A stretch of DNA of 32,000 nucleotides. It comes from Candidatus Electrothrix sp. GW3-4. Its GTDB lineage: Bacteria; Desulfobacterota; Desulfobulbia; Desulfobulbales; Desulfobulbaceae. Each line of letters opens with the position of its first letter. The stretch's first letter is position 1. The notes under the pieces were generated by a model. The model did not search any database, was not told the origin of the DNA, and saw only the letters and a program-made list of their open reading frames with translations. The translations under genes were made by a program, and so were the position numbers. The DNA is taken from the NCBI RefSeq assembly GCF_037902255.1, contig NZ_CP147990.1, forward strand, positions 3,390,001 to 3,422,000, read 5' to 3'. Positions 1 to 8,164 of this stretch are shown piece after piece.

Positions 1-319
1 ACACCCCACCCAAAACACAAAGGTGGATACGCAGGCCTGCGCGCCCTACAGGGATGGTGGATTGTCCCCCATAAGGCATCTTGAAAAACATAGCTCTAAT
101 CCGACATTCCGCACCTCACTTTGTGAAAGCTACCTCTATCCTGTAGGGACAAACGATAACGGCCCCGTGATTTATCGCGGGGCATGCTCTGTCTCTCCTT
201 GGTGTCCCCACCAAATTTCACTTCCTGTCTGCACCAAGTTCTGCTTCATGGAGATACCAACAAAATCGGCACCAGGTCGGCCTGGGCATGTAAAATCATG
301 GCGCGCCGTGTCCCTACCG

Positions 320-1081
320 CTACTGTACCGAACCCAGGGGCAGGACCACCGGGATGCCGTCGACCTCCCGGATCAGGGCGTGCATACCAAAGACCTCGCG
401 GATAGCCCCAGGGGTCATGACCTCACGATCTCCACAGGCGTGCAGGCCCCCGTCCTTGAGCAGGACAAAACGGTTGGCATAGCGCAGGGCGATGCTCAGA
501 TCGTGGAGCACGGTGATAGTGAGCAGGTTCATCTCTTGGGTCAGCTCCTGGAGGATGGACATGGTCTCCAACTGGTTGCGGACATCCAAATGATTGACCG
601 GCTCATCCAGGAGCAGGACCTTGGGTTCCTGGACCAGGGCACGGGCGATGACCACCTTTTGCAGCTCGCCGCCGGAAAGCTCGGTGGTCTCGCGCAGGGC
701 CAGCCGCTCCATGCCCAGTCGCTTAAGCATCCCCTCAACTACCTCAAGATCGCGCGGGGTGACAGTGCGCCCGAAATGGGGCTTCCTGCCCAAGAGCACG
801 GCATCAAAGACCGTGCAGATCACGCCCCCGCTTTTCTGGGGCATATAGCCGATGCGGCGGGCGATCTCCTTACCGGAAAGATCCTTGAGCGCCCTGCCTT
901 CCACCAGCACTGCTCCCTGCCTGGGCTTGAGGATACCGTTGATGGTCTTGAGCAGGGTGGACTTGCCTGAACCATTGACACCCAGCAGGGCAGTCATTTC
1001 GCCGCTGCCCAGGCGGAAGCTGATGTTATCCAGGATGTTGGTGCCGTTAAAGGCAAAGGAAAGTTTGTTAAGTTGTAGCAT
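320..1081 (-). CDS. ABC transporter ATP-binding protein, iron-chelate/cobalamin (FecE/BtuD) type
   Basis: 253-aa ORF with Walker A GVNGSGKST, ABC signature LSGGELQ and Walker B VLLLDEP. It lies 1 nt downstream of the permease gene, as last gene of a minus-strand operon. Confidence 0.9.
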   Translation of the reverse strand: MLQLNKLSFAFNGTNILDNISFRLGSGEMTALLGVNGSGKSTLLKTINGILKPRQGAVLVEGRALKDLSGKEIARRIGYMPQKSGGVICTVFDAVLLGRKPHFGRTVTPRDLEVVEGMLKRLGMERLALRETTELSGGELQKVVIARALVQEPKVLLLDEPVNHLDVRNQLETMSILQELTQEMNLLTITVLHDLSIALRYANRFVLLKDGGLHACGDREVMTPGAIREVFGMHALIREVDGIPVVLPLGSVQ

Positions 1082-1082
1082 G

Positions 1083-2168
1083 TCAGTTCTTGCGTTTGCA
1101 GGTCAGGAGATAGAGAAAGAGCGGTGCTCCGGCAAAGGAGGTGATGATCCCCACCGGCAGGATGATCGGGGGCATGAGGATACGGGACACGATATCCGAG
1201 ACCAGCAGCAACAGGGCACCGGTCAGGGCCGAGGAGATGAGCAGGTAGCGGTAGTCGTTGCCCACGAACATCCGGGCCAAATGGGGGGCCATCAGACCGA
1301 CAAAGCCGATAATACCGAGAAAGGCCGTGGTCACGGCAACGGTCAAAGCCGAGAAGAGCATGGCCGTAATACGCAGATGCCGCACTTTAATGCCAAGACT
1401 GGCCGCCACCTCATCCCCCCAGAGCAGGGCGTTGTGCTGCCATCGCCCCAGGAGAAAGAAAGTAAAGGCTAAGATCAGGACGACTCCGATCAGGGTGTTC
1501 TCTGTCCAGCCTGCCTTGCCCAGATCGCCGAAGGTCCAGAAGACCGAAGCCGCCACCTGGACATCATCGGCAAAATACTGGAGCAGCATGGTGGCGGCCC
1601 CGAAAAAGGCAGATAAGGCCACCCCAGCCAGGATCACGGCCTCGGTGCTCACCCCTTTGAGCGAGGCCAGTACCAGGATGAAGATGACCGCCAGCAGGGC
1701 ACCGGTAAAGGCGCAGAGCACCACCAGATTGGGCAGGTTAATAGTAACTGCTGATGAGGCCGAGGAGTGGGTCTGCCCGGCCCCGAGAAAAATAATGGCA
1801 AAGGCCGCCCCGAAAGCCGCGCCCTGGGAAACCCCGATGGTAAAGGGGGAGGCCAGGGGATTCTTGAGGACATTCTGCATGACCGCCCCGGCAATGCCTA
1901 GACTGGCACCGGCTAGGATCGCGGCAGTGACCCTGGGCAGGCGAATCTGCTGAATAACGTGCGCGGTTCGGCCTCCGATATCCCAGTCCAGTAAGGCGGT
2001 AAGGATTTCCCGCCAGGGCAGGGAGATGGAACCGGTGTGCAGGGACATCCCTGCGGCGCCGACAAGCAGGACCAGCAAGCTGAGGCTGAAGAAGTTCTTG
2101 CGGCGGAGAAGTTGCAGATAGTCCTCGGCAAGGGAGGGGCTGGGAGCCGTCTTCGTTTCACTCTCCAC
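1083..2168 (-). CDS. FecCD/BtuC-family ABC transporter permease
   Basis: 361-aa highly hydrophobic ORF with typical FecCD motifs (RLPRV..A.L.GA.L..AG...Q...NPLA.P...G). It overlaps the upstream binding-protein gene by 11 nt. Confidence 0.9.
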   Translation of the reverse strand: MESETKTAPSPSLAEDYLQLLRRKNFFSLSLLVLLVGAAGMSLHTGSISLPWREILTALLDWDIGGRTAHVIQQIRLPRVTAAILAGASLGIAGAVMQNVLKNPLASPFTIGVSQGAAFGAAFAIIFLGAGQTHSSASSAVTINLPNLVVLCAFTGALLAVIFILVLASLKGVSTEAVILAGVALSAFFGAATMLLQYFADDVQVAASVFWTFGDLGKAGWTENTLIGVVLILAFTFFLLGRWQHNALLWGDEVAASLGIKVRHLRITAMLFSALTVAVTTAFLGIIGFVGLMAPHLARMFVGNDYRYLLISSALTGALLLLVSDIVSRILMPPIILPVGIITSFAGAPLFLYLLTCKRKN

Positions 2169-3276
2169 TTGCAGTCTCCCGGTCTCCCAATGTCATCTGC
2201 TTGAAGCCGCCGTATTCCTTTTCCAGGGCCTTGTAGCCCTTCATCCCGATAAAAGCCTGAAAGATCTCGTCGGCCTTGCTCGCAGGCTCAATGTCCTGAA
2301 AGCGCTCCGGGTAGAGGGTCTTGCCGATGAAATAGGCATCAGCATAGGCGATCTCAATATTGGTATGATAGAGGTTATAGGGCATGACCAGATAGACCTG
2401 CTGCTTCTGCGCAGCCTTCAGCTCCTGATAAAAGGCCGGATTCTTCGCATAGTCCTGCTCCACGGTTTCCAGACCACCAGCATCAAGAAACATGACCTCC
2501 GGGTTCCAGGCCAGAACCTGCTCCGGGTCGATGAAGATATGACCGGGCCGGTTAATGGCCGCTGCCACGTTCTTGCCGCCTGCCCAGACCAAGGGCGCAT
2601 ACGCGGCCTCGGTGCTGACGATCCCTTGGGCACCCCGGTAGGAGATCGCCCCGATGTATGCGGTCTGTTGTTCACTTTCAGGAATCCCGGCAGTACGGCG
2701 GGCCAGATCAGCCTGAAACTGATCAATTGCCGTAATAAGTTGGGTTGAACGATCACTGCGTCCGAGCAGCTTGCCCAGATGGGTCAGAGCTGTGCGGACA
2801 CTCTGCACGTCAAGGATGCCCGGTTCGCCGTAATTGAGGGCATAGACCGGAATGCCAGTCTTCTGCTGAATATTTTCCACCTGGCTGCTGTCCATTCCCA
2901 TGCCGATGATCACGTCCGGCCAGATCTCAATGATCCGTTCAAAGTTGGGCAGTCGGCCCCCTGCGCCGCCTTCCCCGATGACCGGCAGTTTCTGGGCAAG
3001 ATCAACCGTTGCCAGTCCGTACAACCGTCCCGCGACGAGCCGGTCCTGCTCAATTCGTTCCATGCCCTTGACCAGATCCAGGCTCTGCATATAGATCAGG
3101 AAGCGTAAGGCCCCGCCCAGAGGCACCACGCTGCGGATTTGCTCCGGCACCGTGACCTTCCGCCCGTTCATGTCCGTCAAGGTGCGGGTTTCTGCTCCGG
3201 CAATCCCGACAAAAGACGGAACAGAGAAGCTGATAAGGACAAGGGCCGTTGTGATTGTTATCAGAATGTTCTTCAT
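2158..3276 (-). CDS. Periplasmic substrate-binding protein of the BtuF/FhuD (Peripla_BP_2) type
   Basis: The ORF carries a signal peptide (MKNILITITTALVLISFSVPSFVGIAGA). I moved the start from the ORF-track 3288 to the ATG at 3276, which forms an ATGA start/stop overlap with the upstream methyltransferase gene. The gene sits between that methyltransferase and a FecCD permease. Confidence 0.8.
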   Translation of the reverse strand: MKNILITITTALVLISFSVPSFVGIAGAETRTLTDMNGRKVTVPEQIRSVVPLGGALRFLIYMQSLDLVKGMERIEQDRLVAGRLYGLATVDLAQKLPVIGEGGAGGRLPNFERIIEIWPDVIIGMGMDSSQVENIQQKTGIPVYALNYGEPGILDVQSVRTALTHLGKLLGRSDRSTQLITAIDQFQADLARRTAGIPESEQQTAYIGAISYRGAQGIVSTEAAYAPLVWAGGKNVAAAINRPGHIFIDPEQVLAWNPEVMFLDAGGLETVEQDYAKNPAFYQELKAAQKQQVYLVMPYNLYHTNIEIAYADAYFIGKTLYPERFQDIEPASKADEIFQAFIGMKGYKALEKEYGGFKQMTLGDRETASGE

Positions 3277-4058
3277 ATTGCCTGCCATGTCATCATCCCC
3301 TTTTCCACCTCAGTGCGGTGGGTCACTGTTCCGTCGGTGCTGAAGCGGGCTGTGATCTCCCGGATCAGATCCAGGTTGGGCTTGACCTTGGTCTGGGCAA
3401 GGAGAAAGCCTTCTGCATGGGCAACCGCCTCCTCTTCCGTCCCTTCCCATTGCCAATGGCTGCGGAAGAACTCGATCTCAGCAGAGATCCCCATTGCGGC
3501 CAGATGGGTCTGCACCGCCTTGGCACCGGGCGGTGGGCCGAAGACCTGACCGTGGGCCAGAAAGACCTCGGCCAGCAAGGGATTCTCCCGTACACCGCCC
3601 CAGCCGATATACACGCACCAGTTGCGGGCACAGCGGTTCATCCGGGCCACATCTTCCGGGGTACGCAGGGCTGGGGTCATGGCTGCCCAGACAATATCAA
3701 AGTTTTTTTTCCAGTTATGCTTGCTGACCGCAGCATCAGTCCAAGGCATCTGGATGACCGCAGCATTTTCTATCCTGTTCTCTGCCTGTTCTTTCTCAAA
3801 ACGACGGGCCATCTCTGCGGAAAGATCAAGTCCGGTCACCTGGGCCGCCCGTTGGGCCAGGGGCAGGGTATAGACCCCGGTGCCGCAGCCCACATCAAGG
3901 ATAGTGGCCCCATCAATCTGGACCCCGCGCTGCTCGGCCAGAGCAATGACCTTCTGCGTCTTGGCCAGATGCTTTGTATCAAAGGGCAGCGGGTACTTCT
4001 CCGCCATCTTTTCCCAGAAGTTCTGTTGTTGCTGATCTCGTGGCTTGGCTGCGCTCAT
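3273..4058 (-). CDS. Class I SAM-dependent methyltransferase
   Basis: 261-aa ORF with SAM-binding motif I ILDVGCGTGVYTLPLA and a downstream acidic LDLS motif. It is translationally coupled on both sides. Confidence 0.8.
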   Translation of the reverse strand: MSAAKPRDQQQQNFWEKMAEKYPLPFDTKHLAKTQKVIALAEQRGVQIDGATILDVGCGTGVYTLPLAQRAAQVTGLDLSAEMARRFEKEQAENRIENAAVIQMPWTDAAVSKHNWKKNFDIVWAAMTPALRTPEDVARMNRCARNWCVYIGWGGVRENPLLAEVFLAHGQVFGPPPGAKAVQTHLAAMGISAEIEFFRSHWQWEGTEEEAVAHAEGFLLAQTKVKPNLDLIREITARFSTDGTVTHRTEVEKGMMTWQAI

Positions 4059-4059
4059 A

Positions 4060-4599
4060 TCACCACCCCCTGGAGTAATCCGGGAAGCAGCCCAGGCAGA
4101 GCTTTTTTCCTTGGTTTAAGCGAATCTTATGTTCCGGGGCTGCCTCACCGCATTCCTCACAGACAATACTGGTAAAGATACGGGCCTTGCTGGGGGGGAG
4201 ATCCTCTGGTTCTGTAAAATCAAAAAGGTCTTCATCAGGGGCATTGAGGATCTGTTCCTGGAAGGTAACCCTGTCTGCCTGGTTATGCCCATTACCTTGC
4301 ATTTTAAACATGACACGGATCTTGCGTCCGTCCTTGCGACTATAGAAGCTGAAGGCCTGTTTGCCGGTATCGCGATAGATCAGGTTGCCTTTGCCGATGC
4401 TGCAACCGGTCAGTACCTGAATTGCATCCACACCGCAGGCATCGTTCTCTGTGACGCAGACCATCTCTTCGTCCGGAGAAAATTGGGCCTGCAAGCGCTC
4501 CTGGGCAGCAAGGGCGGCCCGGTAGCCGATAGCCAGACCGGGGCAGGTATGACCGTGAAATTCAACGCATCGTTTCCAGGTATCTTGTGTTTCAGGCAT
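4060..4599 (-). CDS. FmdE-family protein with C-terminal Cys4 zinc ribbon
   Basis: 179-aa ORF. The N-terminal FHGHTCPGLAIGYRA and CGVDAIQ motifs are typical of the FmdE/FwdE domain. The C-terminus has CEECGE...CLGC. Confidence 0.8.
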   Translation of the reverse strand: MPETQDTWKRCVEFHGHTCPGLAIGYRAALAAQERLQAQFSPDEEMVCVTENDACGVDAIQVLTGCSIGKGNLIYRDTGKQAFSFYSRKDGRKIRVMFKMQGNGHNQADRVTFQEQILNAPDEDLFDFTEPEDLPPSKARIFTSIVCEECGEAAPEHKIRLNQGKKLCLGCFPDYSRGW

Positions 4600-4696
4600 A
4601 GTATTTCTCCTTATCTGTCGTAGCTTTGATCGGTCAGCAGGCAGAACGACCCGCTGTCCAGTATATTTTTTGATTCGTTTGCAAGACGAGTGGATA

Positions 4697-6820
4697 TCAG
4701 AACGTGACCTTCAGTGCCGCACCCACCAGAACGCCGGGCATGGGATACCCGAACCGCTCCTCATAGCCGGTGTCCAAGAGGTTGTCCGCATAGAGGCTAA
4801 GTTCGCTGTTGCTCCAGATAGGAATCTTCAGGTCAAGATCAACCACGGCATACGCATCAATGGTCTCCAGCTGGGAGACATTCTGGGCAGGCCAGCCGCT
4901 GCTGTAGGAGTAGATAGTCTGGCTTTCCCCGACATAGCGGAGGTCCGCTGCCAGTACCATCTGGGCGGGCAACTTGACGTCCGCACCCAGGCAGCCCTTC
5001 CACTCAGGTAGGTAATCGATCTCATCGCTGAGCCCGGCGGTATCAAAGCTGTCGCCCTCCTTGCTGCTCTTCTGATAGGCCAGCGAGGCCCGTGCGGTGA
5101 GCCAGGGCGTCAGTTGCCAACGGGCATCTACCGAGGCCCCGTAGAAATGGGCCGAGTCAATGTTGTAGACGCCCCGCCAGTTGGGATTAAAGCGAGACAT
5201 GATATAGTCTTGAATATCGTAGTAATAGGCAGCAAGACGGACCCTGCCAGCCTTGGCCAGCTCATGCTCATAGACCAGCTCTGCCGCATTGTTCTTTTCC
5301 GGCTTCAGGACCGGATTGCCGCCTGTGGCCCCGGCAGCCCACCAATAGGTCTCGGGTAGGCCGGGAATGCGCATGGCTTGATAGACCGAGGCGGTCAGGG
5401 TGTCTGCGCCGGACAGGCTCCAGGTTACGGTTAGCTTGGGCGTGAGGGCCTTATCCTCCAGTTCCGGGGAGGTGCTGCCGTTGATCGACGTGTTCTCATA
5501 GCGGTCATAACGCAGGCCGCCGCTGAGAAGCAGATTGTCATGGAGCTGCCAGCTGTCCTGGAGATAGAAGCCCCAGGCATCGCCTTCTGAGGAGGCCGCA
5601 TAGCTGGTCGGAGGGGGGCCATACCAGTTGACGCTGTTGTAGTTCATATCCACGTAATTAATGGTCGTATCGCCAAAGGTCAGAACCTGATGATCGACAC
5701 CGGCCAGCACTTCGTGCTCGCCAAAGGCCTTGGTGCAATTCAGCCTGCCGCCGTAGGAGCGATCTGACTCCACATCCCGATCAAGGACCAGCTCGCCCTC
5801 GCCTTGACCCGCCACCACCCCGGCCTGGGAATAGTTCTTCTCGGCCCGGTCCTCATAGTTCTTGTAGAGCTTGAGTTCGATCAGGCCATCCTCTATGGGT
5901 TGGCTGTAGCCGAGATTGAGGTAGTATTTGGTCTTATCCCAGTTGGCTCCCGGGCCAGGTTGGAAGGCACTCCCCGAATAGGGGCTGAAGTTCTCGCCAA
6001 AGGCGGCCGGATACTCGCTATTGAGCGGGGTATTGAACAGGGGGGAGTCCGGGTTGTCGGCGCTGCGGTTGTTGATGATAAAGCCTCGCTCCGCCCTGGC
6101 GTACTGGACCCCCAAGAAGAGCTGACCATCCAGGGGCATATCAAAGTAGGTGGCCAGATTCAGGTTGCTGCCGGTGAAGTCGTTGTTCCAGAGATAAGCA
6201 TCGCTGTCCTGCCAGCTGCCAGCCAGTGAATAGCCGAAGATGCCGACCTTGGCCGCATGACTGAGCCGGTAGTTCTGGACCAAGTAGCCGTCCTCGCCTG
6301 CGCTGATGCTGCTGAAAAAGGCACCCTCCGGCTCGTCGCCCGGCTTCTTGGTGATGACGTTGATCACCCCGCCCAGGGCATTGCCGCCATAGAGCACCGA
6401 GCTGCCGCCCCGGATGATCTCAATCTTCTCGATGTTGTCTAAAGGCAGGGTGCCCCAGTCGATGTAATGGCCGCCCACCACGCCAGCCCCGTTGACTGTG
6501 CGTCCGTCAATATTGAGCATGATCCGGTTGCCGGACAGACCCCGGATGGCCACGCTGTCGGCGGTGTCGCCCACTGCGGATCGGCGGCGGGTGGTAATGT
6601 CCGGCTCGTTGCGGATCGCATCGGCCACATTGAGGTTCTTACCCTTTTCAAGAGTCTTGCTCCCCACCACCGTCCCGGTCGGATCCGTGATCGCGCTGTC
6701 GGTGACCACAATCTCCTCCATGGTCAGATGCTCTGCCGCTGAAGCGGCAGAGACGGTGACCAGGCCTGCTCCCACCATCGCGGCAGACAGCAGCTTGCTT
6801 TTATGTGCTTTACGCAGCAT
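4697..6820 (-). CDS. TonB-dependent outer-membrane receptor
   Basis: 707-aa ORF with a signal peptide, a TonB box-like EEIVVTDSA, a plug domain (IRG....NRIMLNIDG) and a beta-barrel ending in aromatic ...ALKVTF. An RBS (AAAGGAGAG) precedes the ATG. Confidence 0.9.
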   Translation of the reverse strand: MLRKAHKSKLLSAAMVGAGLVTVSAASAAEHLTMEEIVVTDSAITDPTGTVVGSKTLEKGKNLNVADAIRNEPDITTRRRSAVGDTADSVAIRGLSGNRIMLNIDGRTVNGAGVVGGHYIDWGTLPLDNIEKIEIIRGGSSVLYGGNALGGVINVITKKPGDEPEGAFFSSISAGEDGYLVQNYRLSHAAKVGIFGYSLAGSWQDSDAYLWNNDFTGSNLNLATYFDMPLDGQLFLGVQYARAERGFIINNRSADNPDSPLFNTPLNSEYPAAFGENFSPYSGSAFQPGPGANWDKTKYYLNLGYSQPIEDGLIELKLYKNYEDRAEKNYSQAGVVAGQGEGELVLDRDVESDRSYGGRLNCTKAFGEHEVLAGVDHQVLTFGDTTINYVDMNYNSVNWYGPPPTSYAASSEGDAWGFYLQDSWQLHDNLLLSGGLRYDRYENTSINGSTSPELEDKALTPKLTVTWSLSGADTLTASVYQAMRIPGLPETYWWAAGATGGNPVLKPEKNNAAELVYEHELAKAGRVRLAAYYYDIQDYIMSRFNPNWRGVYNIDSAHFYGASVDARWQLTPWLTARASLAYQKSSKEGDSFDTAGLSDEIDYLPEWKGCLGADVKLPAQMVLAADLRYVGESQTIYSYSSGWPAQNVSQLETIDAYAVVDLDLKIPIWSNSELSLYADNLLDTGYEERFGYPMPGVLVGAALKVTF

Positions 6821-6932
6821 GATCTCTCTCCTTTATATATCCTTCCTGTCCATCGTCTATAGTCATCTGTCGACTCGGTGTTACGTTTTTAGAAATATTC
6901 TTATCGGATGCTAGATAACATAGTTATCCCTG

Positions 6933-6998
6933 CCCAGACAATGAGGCAGCAGGCTCATTTTATCGGGAGAAATGCCCGAGGCAGCACGTCAGGCGGGC
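6933..6998 (-). promoter_or_regulatory. Conserved structured 5' leader element, copy A (candidate cis-regulatory RNA/riboswitch, class unidentified)
   Basis: One of four copies of the same motif in this window. The transcribed strand reads GCCCGCC..UCGGG-CAUUUCU-CCCGA-UAA-AAUGAGCCUGCUGCCUCAUU-GU-CUGGGC. It ends 112 nt upstream of the receptor ATG at 6820. Confidence 0.55.
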
Positions 6999-7018
6999 GA
7001 AGAGGGAAAAAGATCGGG

Positions 7019-7068
7019 AAAAAACGGCGGCCACAGAAAAAGGAAGATGGAGAAAACTGTAGCCGCCG
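7019..7068 (-). terminator. Rho-independent terminator downstream of the RcnA-like gene
   Basis: On the minus strand a 12-bp GC-rich stem (CGGCGGCUACAG / CUGUGGCCGCCG, one G-U pair) is followed directly by U6 (A6 at 7019-7024 on the plus strand). Confidence 0.7.
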
Positions 7069-7127
7069 CCAAGGAGAAATTAGTCCACAGGGGAGCAATG
7101 AACAAAGAATGGAGAGAGATTCTCGCC

Positions 7128-8018
7128 TTAAAACCAAATGCTCCGTACAGAATGAAACATGGTGTAGGAGCCAATACTGACAATCAACAGGGCACTGACA
7201 ATCCCCAGGCGGCGGGCAAAATCAAAATTTTCGCTGATTTTGTTGGTCAGACGACCTGTCTGGGACAGGAGGACGCCGATAGTCATCATAACCACGCCCA
7301 GCCCCAGGCTGAAAAACAAGGTTACGCTGAGTCCCTGAGCGATCTTGCCCGCAGCAATGGCGGCCAGTAGAGTGGCAATGGCTGCCGGGCAAGGGATAAT
7401 GCCGCCGGAAATCCCCAGCATAAAGAGCTCCCAGGGATTTTTTTTCGTATTATTTTTCGCAGTAACCTTAGTATGATGTGTATGTTTTGCTTCGGGATGT
7501 TCATCGCTCTGATGGGAATGAGCATGATAGCCATCATGCACATGGGGGTGCACATGGGGGTGCAGGTGTTCGTGAGTATGCCCCTGGTTGTCTACAGCAT
7601 GATCGTGGTGATTATGCTCTTCGTCATGCGTATGGGGATGGCTGTGGGGATGATGGTGATCATGGCTGTGCCCCTTACCAAAGAGATGTATATGAGTATG
7701 ACCACTTTTACCGGAAAGCCGCTGCCGGAGCATCCAGATACCTACTGCCAGGATAATTCCGGCTGAGAATAACCCGAGCCAGTTATGGAGTGTTTCCTCT
7801 GAATAGGTATGAGACAGGATTTGGGCAACGAGTCCAAGCAAGATGACGCTAAAGGTATGGGTGATGGTCACAATAGCACCAAGCAACATGCCGTCCCAAG
7901 CTCGTCCCTTTGTACCAATCATATAGGCGGCGATCAGAGTTTTGCCGTGGCCAGGTTCAAAAGCATGTAAGGCACCAAGGGTAATTGCTCCTGAATAAAG
8001 CATAACAAGGTCTGTCAT
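7128..8018 (-). CDS. RcnA/NicO-family nickel/cobalt transporter with long His-rich loop
   Basis: 296-aa ORF. It carries the motifs GALHAFEPGHGKT and GGIIPCPAAIATLL, which I recognise from E. coli RcnA (GALHGLEPGHSKT, GGLIPCPAAITVLL). The central ~75-aa loop is dominated by His (HSHDHHHPHSHPHTHDEEHNHHDH...HPHVHPHVH). Confidence 0.85.
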   Translation of the reverse strand: MTDLVMLYSGAITLGALHAFEPGHGKTLIAAYMIGTKGRAWDGMLLGAIVTITHTFSVILLGLVAQILSHTYSEETLHNWLGLFSAGIILAVGIWMLRQRLSGKSGHTHIHLFGKGHSHDHHHPHSHPHTHDEEHNHHDHAVDNQGHTHEHLHPHVHPHVHDGYHAHSHQSDEHPEAKHTHHTKVTAKNNTKKNPWELFMLGISGGIIPCPAAIATLLAAIAAGKIAQGLSVTLFFSLGLGVVMMTIGVLLSQTGRLTNKISENFDFARRLGIVSALLIVSIGSYTMFHSVRSIWF

Positions 8019-8094
8019 AACAATTTTTGTTCATTTCATGGTTGATAATGGCGGGGAGAGATACGTTAAAGACTCTATCAACCATATTTACACC

Positions 8095-8162
8095 GCCCAT
8101 ACAATAAGGCGTATACCTCATTTTTGCGGGACTAATTCCCGGATGACAAGAGGGAGTCGGGT
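8095..8162 (-). promoter_or_regulatory. Conserved structured leader element, copy D
   Basis: Same motif as copies A-C: ACCCGAC..CGGG-AAUUAGU-CCCG-CAAA-AAUGAGGUAUACGCCUUAUU-GU-AUGGGC. It starts 2 nt after the nikE-like stop codon (8165) and ends 76 nt before the RcnA-like ATG (8018). Confidence 0.55.
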
Positions 8163-8164
8163 GC

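Noticed and set aside
23-970. Long plus-strand ORF (315 aa) and similar long antisense ORFs at 1258-1953, 3255-4175, 11362-12693, 19999-21306, 22729-23397 and 25226-25672.
   Set aside because: Each lies antisense to a gene with clear family motifs. Their translations are low-complexity (Arg/Gly/Pro/Ala-rich), as expected for shadow ORFs in GC-rich DNA, and I saw no recognisable motifs or RBS.
6933-6998. Interpreting the four conserved leaders as cobalamin, NiCo or Moco riboswitches.
   Set aside because: The regulon (BtuB/BtuFCD-like, Ni/Co transporters) would fit B12 or Ni/Co control. However, I could not find the cobalamin core (GGGAA...GGUG..AAUCC, GCCACUG, B12 box). I also found no resemblance to the NiCo sequence I remember, and the element is much shorter than those. 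It is left as unclassified pending cmscan.
7473-7766. Met/His-rich plus-strand ORFs (97 and 92 aa) opposite the His-rich loop.
   Set aside because: These are an antisense artefact of the CAT/CAC-rich His-coding region of the RcnA-like gene.
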